A stretch of DNA of 60,254 bases from a virus (lineage: Duplodnaviria; Caudoviricetes), in the IMG/VR virus record IMGVR_UViG_3300046170_000297, positions 1-60,254 of that record; one strand, 5' to 3'. The notes beneath the pieces are model-generated. The model was given only the letters and a program-made list of their open reading frames with translations. It was not told the DNA's origin and made no database searches. This document shows positions 21,377 through 29,508 of the stretch, piece after piece. The translations under genes and the position numbers were made by a program. How positions within the stretch are numbered: position 1 is the stretch's first letter; every line of letters begins with the position of its first letter.

Positions 21377-21450
21377 CCTGCAGTAAGGGAGCAAAATCTA
21401 AGCTGCAGGTTAAAGCAGTTAACTCATGATTTCTCCTAAGTTAGTTAATT
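21365..21450 (-). ncRNA. Candidate small RNA 2 / 13-bp hairpin that may also terminate the + strand operon
   Basis: Perfect stem 21371-21383/21403-21415; minus-strand TTGAAA-N16-TATCTT at 21479..21452. Confidence 0.4.
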
Positions 21451-21475
21451 AAAGATATACGTTTAAAATTTTTTT

Positions 21476-21674
21476 TCAAGTTTTTTTTCTTCTAAAAAAT
21501 GTTCTCCAGAACCAGGATCTACAAATAGAAATAGCCGTGAATATTACTGCAATATGGAAAGCTTTCCCATACGGTTGGGTACATATCGAAAAATGGAAAT
21601 ATATATAGCTGCACTAAGGTTGATAGTAATAACCCTGAGCCGACATCAATTAATGTTTCGAAAAGATTTCTCAT
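21476..21674 (-). CDS. Small two-TM membrane protein (one indel near 21560)
   Basis: MRNLFETLIDVGSGLLLSTLVQLYIFPFFDMYP...IAVIFTAISICRSWFWRTFF. Confidence 0.65.
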
Positions 21675-21773
21675 AATAAAACTTAGGCCCACTAGAAAGG
21701 AATAAATCTAAAAAAACGTGAGCCTAAGCTAACTAACAATTGAGGTAATGAAAATGATAACAAACATTACTCA
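21675..21773 (-). ncRNA. Candidate small RNA 1 (two hairpins, single-stranded linker, terminator)
   Basis: Dedicated promoter; stem 21682-21692/21718-21728 has a G-U pair only on the minus strand and is followed by UUUUAUU. Confidence 0.55.
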
Positions 21774-21778
21774 AGATA

Positions 21779-21807
21779 ACTTTAAGTCATTGGCCAGGAT
21801 CCGTCAA
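21779..21807 (-). promoter_or_regulatory. Sigma70-type promoter TTGACG-N17-TAAAGT
   Basis: Near-consensus hexamers with a 17-nt spacer. Confidence 0.7.
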
Positions 21808-21855
21808 TCTTTAATCTGGGTCAATGGTATTAGAACCACGGCTCACGGGGCCTTG

Positions 21856-22078
21856 TTTCCTAGTACACTTCCTTAGAAAAAAAAAAATAAAAAAAAGTTT
21901 GTAAGGGTTTTTTTCTAGGAAACTAGGAAAAACATTGAAACACAACACTTCTAGAGCAAAACACACTAGGAAAACACTAGGAAAATTCCTAGTAGTTCTA
22001 GGAAAATACACTGCTTGAGGCCATTTTCTGCTAAAAAATAAAATAAAAAAGTTTGTAAGAAAGAGTATTAGGAAAAAA
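21856..22078. repeat. CTAGGAAA iteron-like cluster flanked by AAAAAAGTTTGTAAG direct repeats (candidate origin or pac region)
   Basis: Five CTAGGAAA copies, inverted TTCCTAG copies and A-tracts in non-coding DNA upstream of terS. Confidence 0.6.
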
Positions 22079-22099
22079 TTTATGATATAACAGGTCAAG

Positions 22100-22606
22100 A
22101 TGACTAAAAGAAAAAATACTTTGAAATCAACATCTGAGCTGACATTAAAGCAAAAGGCCTTTGTAGATATATATGTTAGTAATTGGGGAGAGATCTCCAA
22201 GACTGAAGCAGCCACTCGGGCTGGCTATACCTCTGATAAAAAAGAAGGACCAACAGAAATTGCAAGTAGACTAACCAATCCAAATAAAAATCCTCATGTA
22301 GTACGTTACATGGAGATGAAATATAACCAGGAATTAAAAAAACATGAAGGGGACAAGCTTAAAAAATATAAAAGATTCGAGACACTAAGTAAAAAGGCAG
22401 AAGATAAAAAACAATTCTCTGTAGCTGTAAACGCAGAATATCGTAGTGGACAAATGGCAGGATTTTTTGTAGATAAAAAAGAAGTAACCCATGTTGGATT
22501 GGAGGGTATGAGTCGTGAACAACTTGAAAAAAGGTTATCCGAACTTGAAGGAAAAATCGGAGAAGCCAAAAACATCATTGACGTTACGCCAGAAGAAATT
22601 ACTTGA
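22100..22606 (+). CDS. terS: Terminase small subunit
   Basis: LTLKQKAFVDIY...TEAATRAGY helix-turn-helix start typical of TerS. Confidence 0.8.
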   Translation: MTKRKNTLKSTSELTLKQKAFVDIYVSNWGEISKTEAATRAGYTSDKKEGPTEIASRLTNPNKNPHVVRYMEMKYNQELKKHEGDKLKKYKRFETLSKKAEDKKQFSVAVNAEYRSGQMAGFFVDKKEVTHVGLEGMSREQLEKRLSELEGKIGEAKNIIDVTPEEIT

Positions 22607-22699
22607 TGAGGGAAAATTTATGGTAGTTTTTAATGAGATCCATAATAAACATTTACAAACATCAATTGGTATCGTTTCAATTTTAACAGAGGACAAGTC

Positions 22700-22801
22700 A
22701 TGAACTTCGAAGATACATATGGGTTTTTTTTCACAAAATCCGAAGATGCATATGGGTTTTTTTTGATGAAGTCCGAAGATACATATGGGTTTTTTTCATG
22801 A
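22700..22801 (+). repeat. Three 33-bp tandem repeats forming a 33-aa micro-ORF
   Basis: CGAAGATRCATATGGGTTTTTTT x3; ORF MNFEDTYGFFFTKSEDAYGFFLMKSEDTYGFFS with ATGA overlaps at both ends. Confidence 0.7.
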
Positions 22802-23118
22802 ATAAAAAAATACAAAAATCAAAAATTTTAAATTTTAATTTTAAAAATTTAGGAAATAATATTTTAGATTATCCTTACGTAGAAATTAAATGGCTTGATA
22901 TTGAGGGTGACGCAGGTTGGAGTAGTACCAAAGATTTAAAAAATCAAAAACTTCCTGTATGTGTATCAAAAGGATATTTGTTATCTCAAGCAAAAGGTAT
23001 CACCAGAATATTTACAGATTATATTGAAACAAAAGATAAACCAACATTTGATAATATAGGAAATACTACAATTATTCCTACCTCAGTAATTCAATCAATA
23101 AAAAAAATAAAAGTTTAA
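22798..23118 (+). CDS. Conserved phage hypothetical protein
   Basis: VEIKWLDI..GW..GYLL..IIPTSVI pattern. Confidence 0.7.
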   Translation: MNKKIQKSKILNFNFKNLGNNILDYPYVEIKWLDIEGDAGWSSTKDLKNQKLPVCVSKGYLLSQAKGITRIFTDYIETKDKPTFDNIGNTTIIPTSVIQSIKKIKV

Positions 23119-23142
23119 CTTGATTTTTATATAATTACGTAT

Positions 23143-23160
23143 ATCTCACTTAAATGGGAT
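23143..23160. promoter_or_regulatory. Palindromic operator copy ATCTCAC-TTAA-ATGGGAT
   Basis: Consensus match; TTGATT at 23120. Confidence 0.5.
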
Positions 23161-23261
23161 TTTTATCACACATATTTATATTTATACTCAAACGTCCATT
23201 ATTAGCCATTATTTTGCTTGTATTTGCTTATCTTTTAATTGGTGGTTTTTTCAAATTATAA
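23154..23261 (+). CDS. 35-aa hydrophobic peptide
   Basis: MGFLSHIFIFILKRPLLAIILLVFAYLLIGGFFKL. Confidence 0.4.
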   Translation: MGFLSHIFIFILKRPLLAIILLVFAYLLIGGFFKL

Positions 23262-23262
23262 T

Positions 23263-23298
23263 TTGACTTATACTCTATATATCTTATATTGATGGGAT
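23263..23298 (+). promoter_or_regulatory. Promoter TTGACT-N16-TATATT overlapped by operator ATCTTAT-ATTG-ATGGGAT
   Basis: Read directly from the sequence. Confidence 0.65.
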
Positions 23299-23469
23299 AT
23301 GATTATAAAACTAACAAAAAAAGAAAAAGAGTTTTTGGTTGATTGGTTAAGTGATGATTTAGATATCCAACTTAAAAATTATTATGTCAAAGAAGCAGAC
23401 ACAATAGTTAAACCCTTGAGATCAATAATAAAAAAACTAACAATAAAACAAAGGAGCAAAAATGGGTAG
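23299..23469 (+). CDS. Small hypothetical protein, probably leaderless
   Basis: MIIKLTKKEKEFLVDWLSDD...; ATG sits at the predicted transcription start. Confidence 0.5.
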   Translation: MIIKLTKKEKEFLVDWLSDDLDIQLKNYYVKEADTIVKPLRSIIKKLTIKQRSKNG

Positions 23470-23833
23470 ATACTATCAAGGAGACATAGAAGGTAAATTC
23501 TGGTTTGGTGTTCAATCAAGTGATGACGCAGATCATTTTGGTTCAGAGGGTCAAGCAAGTGAATTAAATTATTTTTTTGATAAAGAAAATTTAAAAGATA
23601 TCAAAAAAGGTATTAAAGAATGTTTAAAAGGTCTAGGTGATTGGAAGGATAAGCTAGATACATTTTTTAAAAATAATGAGGGCTACAACGATGAGATGTT
23701 GTGGGATCAAATCAAACTCAATAAAGTTAATGCTAAAAAAATGTTAAAATTTTATGCAAGACTTAGGTTGGGTAATGAGATAAAAGAATGTGTAGAAAAA
23801 AACGGAGAATGTTCTTTTTCTGCAGAACTTTAA
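23462..23833 (+). CDS. Early-region hypothetical protein
   Basis: AAGGAG RBS; MGRYYQGDIEGKFWFGVQSS start. Confidence 0.75.
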   Translation: MGRYYQGDIEGKFWFGVQSSDDADHFGSEGQASELNYFFDKENLKDIKKGIKECLKGLGDWKDKLDTFFKNNEGYNDEMLWDQIKLNKVNAKKMLKFYARLRLGNEIKECVEKNGECSFSAEL

Positions 23834-23855
23834 TAACTAACAAGGAGCAAATAAA

Positions 23856-24455
23856 ATGGACGCATACGAAGTAAAAAAGGAAACAGAGAACAGTTATAAT
23901 CTAGGGAAGATTAGACAATTAATTAAAACAAATAAGTATCTTTTTAAAAAAGAAAAAAATAGATACTTTGATATTAACAAGTTTGAAAAAAACAAACTTT
24001 CTATTAATCCTCAAGGTGGTGGATTTGTTCAATCTGTAGATATAACAGATCAAAATTTTATTAATGATTTTAAGAATGAAAAAATCATTTTTAAAAATGA
24101 ACTACCAATGGTTTATAAAAAAGTAAAATTATATCATGATCATTGGATTGCAGACAATAGAATTGATCTTGCACATTATATTGAAGGTTTTGTTCATGAA
24201 TACAAATGGAATGGTTGGTCTATGCCTATGGTTGAACTTGATCAGATTGAAAAGTTTAATAAAATTCAAAAAGAAACTTTAGATAGTGAACCAACATCTA
24301 TATTTAAAATTATTGATGAAGATAGTATTCAAATTAAAATGTATGATGAAGACGATTGGATTGGAATTGAAGCAGAATATATAGATGTAAATGGTCAAAC
24401 AAAAAAAGTTTTTGATATTTCACTTGGTTGGACTTGGTCAGAGGAGGGTTTATAA
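23856..24455 (+). CDS. Early-region hypothetical protein
   Basis: AAGGAG RBS; WNGW motif. Confidence 0.7.
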   Translation: MDAYEVKKETENSYNLGKIRQLIKTNKYLFKKEKNRYFDINKFEKNKLSINPQGGGFVQSVDITDQNFINDFKNEKIIFKNELPMVYKKVKLYHDHWIADNRIDLAHYIEGFVHEYKWNGWSMPMVELDQIEKFNKIQKETLDSEPTSIFKIIDEDSIQIKMYDEDDWIGIEAEYIDVNGQTKKVFDISLGWTWSEEGL

Positions 24456-24865
24456 TGCTTATTAAAGATATTGTAAAACTTGTATCAACTATTGATAATA
24501 AAAAGTTACCAGACGACATAGAAAAAATGTTAAAAAGGTTAATGTGGTCGGAGAGTAAAAGTACTTATATTGAAATTGGAGACATGCATCTTGATCATTA
24601 CTTAAGATCTGTAGCTAAAAAATTAAATATAGAACCAAGTAGTGAGGAACTTATTGAAAAATTACAAGGAATGAAATTTTTAATAGTTCGTTGGAGTGGT
24701 GATCAAACTCCACCCTCTTCAAATTTGGTCGTTGATCCACTTAAATTTTTTAATGAGTGTTATTACGGAGACGATGTTATTAAAGATCTGGCAGAGGTTG
24801 AAGTTGGAGAAAAATACAAAGTTGATGAGATGATGCAAGACATTGAAATATTAAGATATGAATAG
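24455..24865 (+). CDS. Early-region hypothetical protein
   Basis: GGAGG RBS and TAATG coupling. Confidence 0.65.
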   Translation: MLIKDIVKLVSTIDNKKLPDDIEKMLKRLMWSESKSTYIEIGDMHLDHYLRSVAKKLNIEPSSEELIEKLQGMKFLIVRWSGDQTPPSSNLVVDPLKFFNECYYGDDVIKDLAEVEVGEKYKVDEMMQDIEILRYE

Positions 24866-24911
24866 AATTCTTGATTATTGGGATTAACACAGACAACCAA
24901 TTATCTTGATT

Positions 24912-24952
24912 AAGGGGGCAACAACGGGAGACTTTAGTTGCCCCTTTTTTTA
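24912..24952 (+). terminator. Intrinsic terminator
   Basis: GGGGCAAC/GTTGCCCC stem followed by a T-tract. Confidence 0.75.
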
Positions 24953-24973
24953 TGTTATTGACTTGATAACATA

Positions 24974-25338
24974 ATGAAAAAATCAGAGTCAATCTTTGGA
25001 AACGAATAAAATCACTTAAGTTAAAAGGTCAACTATTTCGTATTGAAAGTAACACTATTAATGGAATACCAGACGTTTATTGGTTGATAAATGGTAAAAG
25101 TATTTGGATTGAACTCAAGTCAAATGATGTCAAGAATTTAGGTTTATCTAAGTACCAAATCAATTGGCATTTGACCCATTTTAAAAATGGTGGACAATCA
25201 TTTATCCTGCGAGAGTGTCTCTCGCAGGGAACCTCCTCAGAATTACAAATTTCCGTGATCCGTGAGCCCAGAACCTTGGTTCATGCCTACTCATCACTTA
25301 GTTTAAAAGACGCAATGAAAAAAATTCAAGACGCTTGA
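24974..25338 (+). CDS. VRR-NUC / Holliday-junction resolvase-like nuclease (indel near 24990)
   Basis: RIES...GIPDV...WIELK...LSKYQINW. Confidence 0.8.
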
Positions 25339-25659
25339 ACCAATTCCCACGCATCACGAGACTAAAACCATATCGCTAAAAATCGCCTATGCGATTTTTA
25401 ACATTGGTTTACTATTACTAAACTTTTGCCATGTCATAATTTACGTTCGCCCCCTTATACTATACGTGCGAGGTTCCTAAACTTTTACCATGTCTTTTTT
25501 TGTGCTTTGTTAGTACTACTAATATTTAAAAAAATTTATTTTTTTTAATTGGTCCCGTTAACCGTGGCAGCAGGCAGCTTAAAGCTTCAAGGCTACCAGG
25601 TCGAGTCTTCACCAGGTCGAAGCCTAGCAGCTAGAGCTCAAATTAAATTTAATTAATAG

Positions 25660-25691
25660 TTGACTTTTAAATTATCCCGCCTTAATAAGAT
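25660..25691 (+). promoter_or_regulatory. Promoter (TTGACT) with operator ATCCCGC-CTTA-ATAAGAT
   Basis: Partial consensus match upstream of the gp88-like gene. Confidence 0.5.
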
Positions 25692-25721
25692 TTATTAACT
25701 AACTAAAAAGGAATAAAAAAA

Positions 25722-26426
25722 ATGGCATTATTAAATTACTACAGCCAAACCAAAATGGCTAAGGGTGAAGCGTTTGGATATAAAACAGCTATCTTACATT
25801 TTGCGCCCTATAATATGAGCGGCAAAAATGTTTGTCCAAAAGCAACAAAAGGTCCTGGTGGCTGCATCAAGCCATGTTTAAATACTTCAGGCCGTGGACA
25901 AATGAATTCAGTGCAGCAGGCTCGAATAAATAAAACCAATTATTTTTGGAATAATAAAAATGGTTTTTTGTGGGAACTGTCAAAAGAAATTGAACTTTTA
26001 AAAAAGCGTGCAGCTCGAGACGGTTTTAAATTTGCCGTTCGACTCAATGGAACTAGTGACCTTCCATGGTTTAAATATAAAGTTGATGGCGGGGGCTCTA
26101 TTATGGATCTTCACCCTGATGTCCAATTTTATGATTATACCAAAGTTTTAAATTATTTGGATCATGGTAAAAAAAATTATCATGTCACGTTTAGCGACTC
26201 GGGGACCAACTACCAGGATCAAGTGGCAGCAATGGCAAAATATTATGCTAACGTTGCTGTAGTCTTTAAGGATAAGCTGCCAAAAAAATGGATGAGTCGA
26301 CCCGTTATAGATGGCGATCTTCATGATCTACGTTTTAAGGATCCGTCAGGCGTGATTGTTGGGCTTGTTGCTAAGGGACTCGGTAAAAAAGTCGAGACAA
26401 ATTCATTCATTAAAATTGCAGTTTAG
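25722..26426 (+). CDS. GP88-like Cys-cluster protein
   Basis: CP...C...CL Cys cluster, RLNGTSD, FYDYTK and DGDLHDLRF motifs. Confidence 0.8.
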   Translation: MALLNYYSQTKMAKGEAFGYKTAILHFAPYNMSGKNVCPKATKGPGGCIKPCLNTSGRGQMNSVQQARINKTNYFWNNKNGFLWELSKEIELLKKRAARDGFKFAVRLNGTSDLPWFKYKVDGGGSIMDLHPDVQFYDYTKVLNYLDHGKKNYHVTFSDSGTNYQDQVAAMAKYYANVAVVFKDKLPKKWMSRPVIDGDLHDLRFKDPSGVIVGLVAKGLGKKVETNSFIKIAV

Positions 26427-26513
26427 AACGGTTCTAAGTTATGGACCTTTTATACGTAATAATATGGTGTTTAAAAAAAGAAATATTAATTTTAATTTTT
26501 ATTATTTTATTTC

Positions 26514-26548
26514 TTGCATTCTTTTAAACCGTCCTATATTAATGGGAT
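26514..26548 (+). promoter_or_regulatory. Promoter (TTGCAT) with operator GTCCTAT-ATTA-ATGGGAT
   Basis: Consensus match. Confidence 0.55.
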
Positions 26549-26587
26549 ATATAACATAAGTTATATAAAACTAACAAAAGGAAAAAA

Positions 26588-26946
26588 ATGAGCACACTTA
26601 ATAAACAAAGTAAGCTAAATATTTTAAACCTAAGTATAGAAAAAAAGGCTTTAAGATATATAAACCTAACTAAACAAATAAAACAATTGAGTGACGTAAA
26701 GGCATTATTAAAAGATGAGATAACACCCGTTTTAAAAAATGTCCTAATCAATTAAAAAACTTTAAAGGCGTTCCAAAGCCCTCAGTTTTTGATAAAAATG
26801 CAACCGTTGATTTTTATCTAGAATTAATTGAACGTGTATCGAATAGATTTGATACAACGGCATTTAAAAAAGCCGAGCCGAAACTTTACACAAAGTATTT
26901 AAAGCTTTCACCATCAACCGAGTTAAAAGGGAAAATATTATCATAA
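26588..26946 (+). CDS. Early hypothetical protein (frameshifted)
   Basis: AAGGA RBS; C-terminal RFDTTAFKKAEPKLYTKY. Confidence 0.55.
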
Positions 26947-27100
26947 TGGAATTAACATTATATATATTTTTAATCTTAATTAGTTTCATGATCGCTTTTT
27001 TTGGTGTGATTGTACTTTTTACGATTGATCCGTGGACGGGGTTTATCTTGTCCACGGGTGGCATTATCTTATCAATTAGAACAATGGCGAGGGCTTAACA

Positions 27101-27292
27101 ATGTTATCTTATCGGACATGGTTTATTAGTTGTAAACCCTTAAAGAACGAGGCAAGGGATTGGCAATTAGAACTTGAGAAGGGCAAGACAATTCACACGT
27201 TTACAATCTCTAATAAATTAAAATTATTAGACGTTGAATATTTCGCATATAAAAAGATTGACGAATATATTGACGAGGAAATAAAAAGCTAA
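27101..27292 (+). CDS. Hypothetical protein
   Basis: GAGG RBS. Confidence 0.55.
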   Translation: MLSYRTWFISCKPLKNEARDWQLELEKGKTIHTFTISNKLKLLDVEYFAYKKIDEYIDEEIKS

Positions 27293-27304
27293 TCACTAAC
27301 AACA

Positions 27305-27332
27305 CACGCCCCACGGATCACGTGGGGCGTGG
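27305..27332 (+). terminator. GC-rich hairpin closing the early region
   Basis: CACGCCCCACG-GATCA-CGTGGGGCGTG; weak T-tract. Confidence 0.5.
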
Positions 27333-27512
27333 TACTTAATAGAGGTACCAAACGACCCCCAAAAAATAACAGAAAAAAATTATATTTTTTTCACGGTAAA
27401 TTTTTTAACTTATTTAACTTTTACCTATAACCTGTATGACAAATAGAAGTAGTATGGCCTTGTAGAATTAGGGGGTAGATTTTAAGGGGACCCAAGGGTA
27501 TAGTAAATTAAG

Positions 27513-28999
27513 ATGACAGATACAGAATTATTGACCACCGATCAGTTACGAGAGAGGCTCGAAAAAGTATGGTTGAAACATATAAAATTATGCCAAGACA
27601 ACTTCTTGTATTTTGTAAAGAATGTTTGGCCAGATTTCATTTGCAGAACTGATAGTGATCCAGATAAGTGGGGACACCATCAACACATAGCACACGAGTT
27701 TACAAAGATATCTAAAAATAAAAAAGGAAGGCTCATAGTGAAATATGCCTCCTAGACACACTAAATCAGAATTTGCATCCATATACTTTCCTGCTTGGAT
27801 GATTGGAAAGAATCCTAAAATGAAAATTATGCAGGTATCACACAACGCAGAACTTTCAGGAAGGTTCGGTGCGAAGGTAAGAAACTTAATTGACAGTCCA
27901 GAGTATAAACAGATCTTTGGAGATGTTAGACTAAGAGAAGATAGTAAGGCAAAAGGACGTTGGGAGACCAATCAAGGTGGGGAATACTTTGCAGCGGGTG
28001 TTGGCGGTTCTATCACAGGACGAGGGGCGGACTTACTTATTATCGATGATCCACACACGGAGCAAGACTCACTATCCGATAGTGCAATGGAAAGAACTTT
28101 TGATTGGTACTTGTCTGGTCCTAGACAACGTCTACAACCAGGAGGCTCAATTGTACTTGTAATGACAAGGTGGGCTCAAGATGATTTGACTGGTCGATTA
28201 ATAAAATCAGAAAATGAACCTAAGGCAGACAAGTGGGAGAAAATTTCTTTTCCAGCTTTGCTTGGTGAAGATGACAGATGCACAACCCGTGTGGCCTGAG
28301 TATTGGTCTCTAGATGAATTAGAAAAAGTTAAAGCGTCAATATCAATTAGAAATTGGTCTGCTCAATACATGCAAAACCCCACGTCAGAGGAAGGAGCAA
28401 TTCTTAAAAGAGAATGGTGGCAGCCGTGGGTCGGGGATCTTCCAACTTTAAAACATGTTATTCAATCTTATGATACTGCATTCAGTAAAAAAGAAACTGC
28501 CGATTACTCAGCCATTACTACATGGGGAATATTCACGCCTCACGAATCAGGGCCTGATGCTATTATGTTAATTGATGCCGTTAAAGGTAAATATGATTTT
28601 CCAGAATTAAAAATGGTTGCCCTCGATCAATACAAGTATTGGCAACCAGAGACAATTATTATAGAAGCTAAAGCTAGTGGACAAAGTTTATTACAAGAAT
28701 TAAGACGAATGGGTATACCGGTTATGGATTACACACCAGGAAGAGGCCAGGATAAACACTCACGGGTCAACGCCTGTTCTCCGATATTTGAATCTGGACA
28801 AGTATATTTCCCAAGAGACGAACATTGGGCTCAAGAAGTAATTGAGGAATGTGCTGCGTTTCCTCATGGTGAGCATGACGATTATGTAGACAGCACAACA
28901 CAAGCTATGTTAAGATACCGACAAGGTTCTTTTGTAACTACTTATTCTGACGAGGATGAGATGGAAAGTTATAAAGAACGTAAATACGTATATTATTAA
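27513..28999 (+). CDS. terL: Terminase large subunit (indels near 27742 and 28275)
   Basis: MPPRHTKS, ITGRGADLLIIDDPH, MTRW, SYDTA and HDDYVDS motifs. Confidence 0.93.
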
Positions 29000-29013
29000 T
29001 CAAAGGAGACGAC

Positions 29014-29502
29014 ATGTCAAAAAATTAAAAAGAAACTAAAGAAAGCTGCACTTGCTGGAATAGCGATGTATACGGTGCATCTAAAATGTTAGGAGCACAA
29101 AAAACTGCAGCTCCTATTGGAGCACCTCCAGGAGCTAAAACTCCATCATCAACAAAAATTAACGCTAAGAAGAGAGTTGTGGATCTAGGTCCTGAAACAA
29201 AAAACATTGTTGGTAAAACTACAAAAATGACTGTAGATAAAGATGCTCTTCCAAGAGAGATAGAAGAGAAAGCTTCTAAAGTAAAAGCAGTACAAAAGAA
29301 AATTAATAAAGCTGTTGTTAAAAGAAAAGAAGAAGGTATGCTTTCACCAACTATGCCAAAATCTGAAAGTCAGTACAATGCTTTAACAAAAGAAAACTCT
29401 GGTTTAGATATGTTTGGTGGTGCCAAAAAAGGTAAAATGATCAGAGCACGTGGTGGTGGAATGGCAATACAAGGCGGAATGAAACCAACAAAACTTTATT
29501 AA
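29014..29502 (+). CDS. Basic hypothetical virion protein (N-terminal indels)
   Basis: AAGGAG RBS; C-terminal KKGKMIRARGGGMAIQGG. Confidence 0.55.
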
Positions 29503-29508
29503 GTTAAA

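Noticed and set aside
21811-22215. 134-aa minus-strand ORF
   Set aside because: Low-complexity translation of the iteron/A-tract region, overlapping terS in antisense
22707-22797. Mini CRISPR array
   Set aside because: Spacers are only about 10 nt, there are three units, no cas genes, and the period is an in-frame 33 bp
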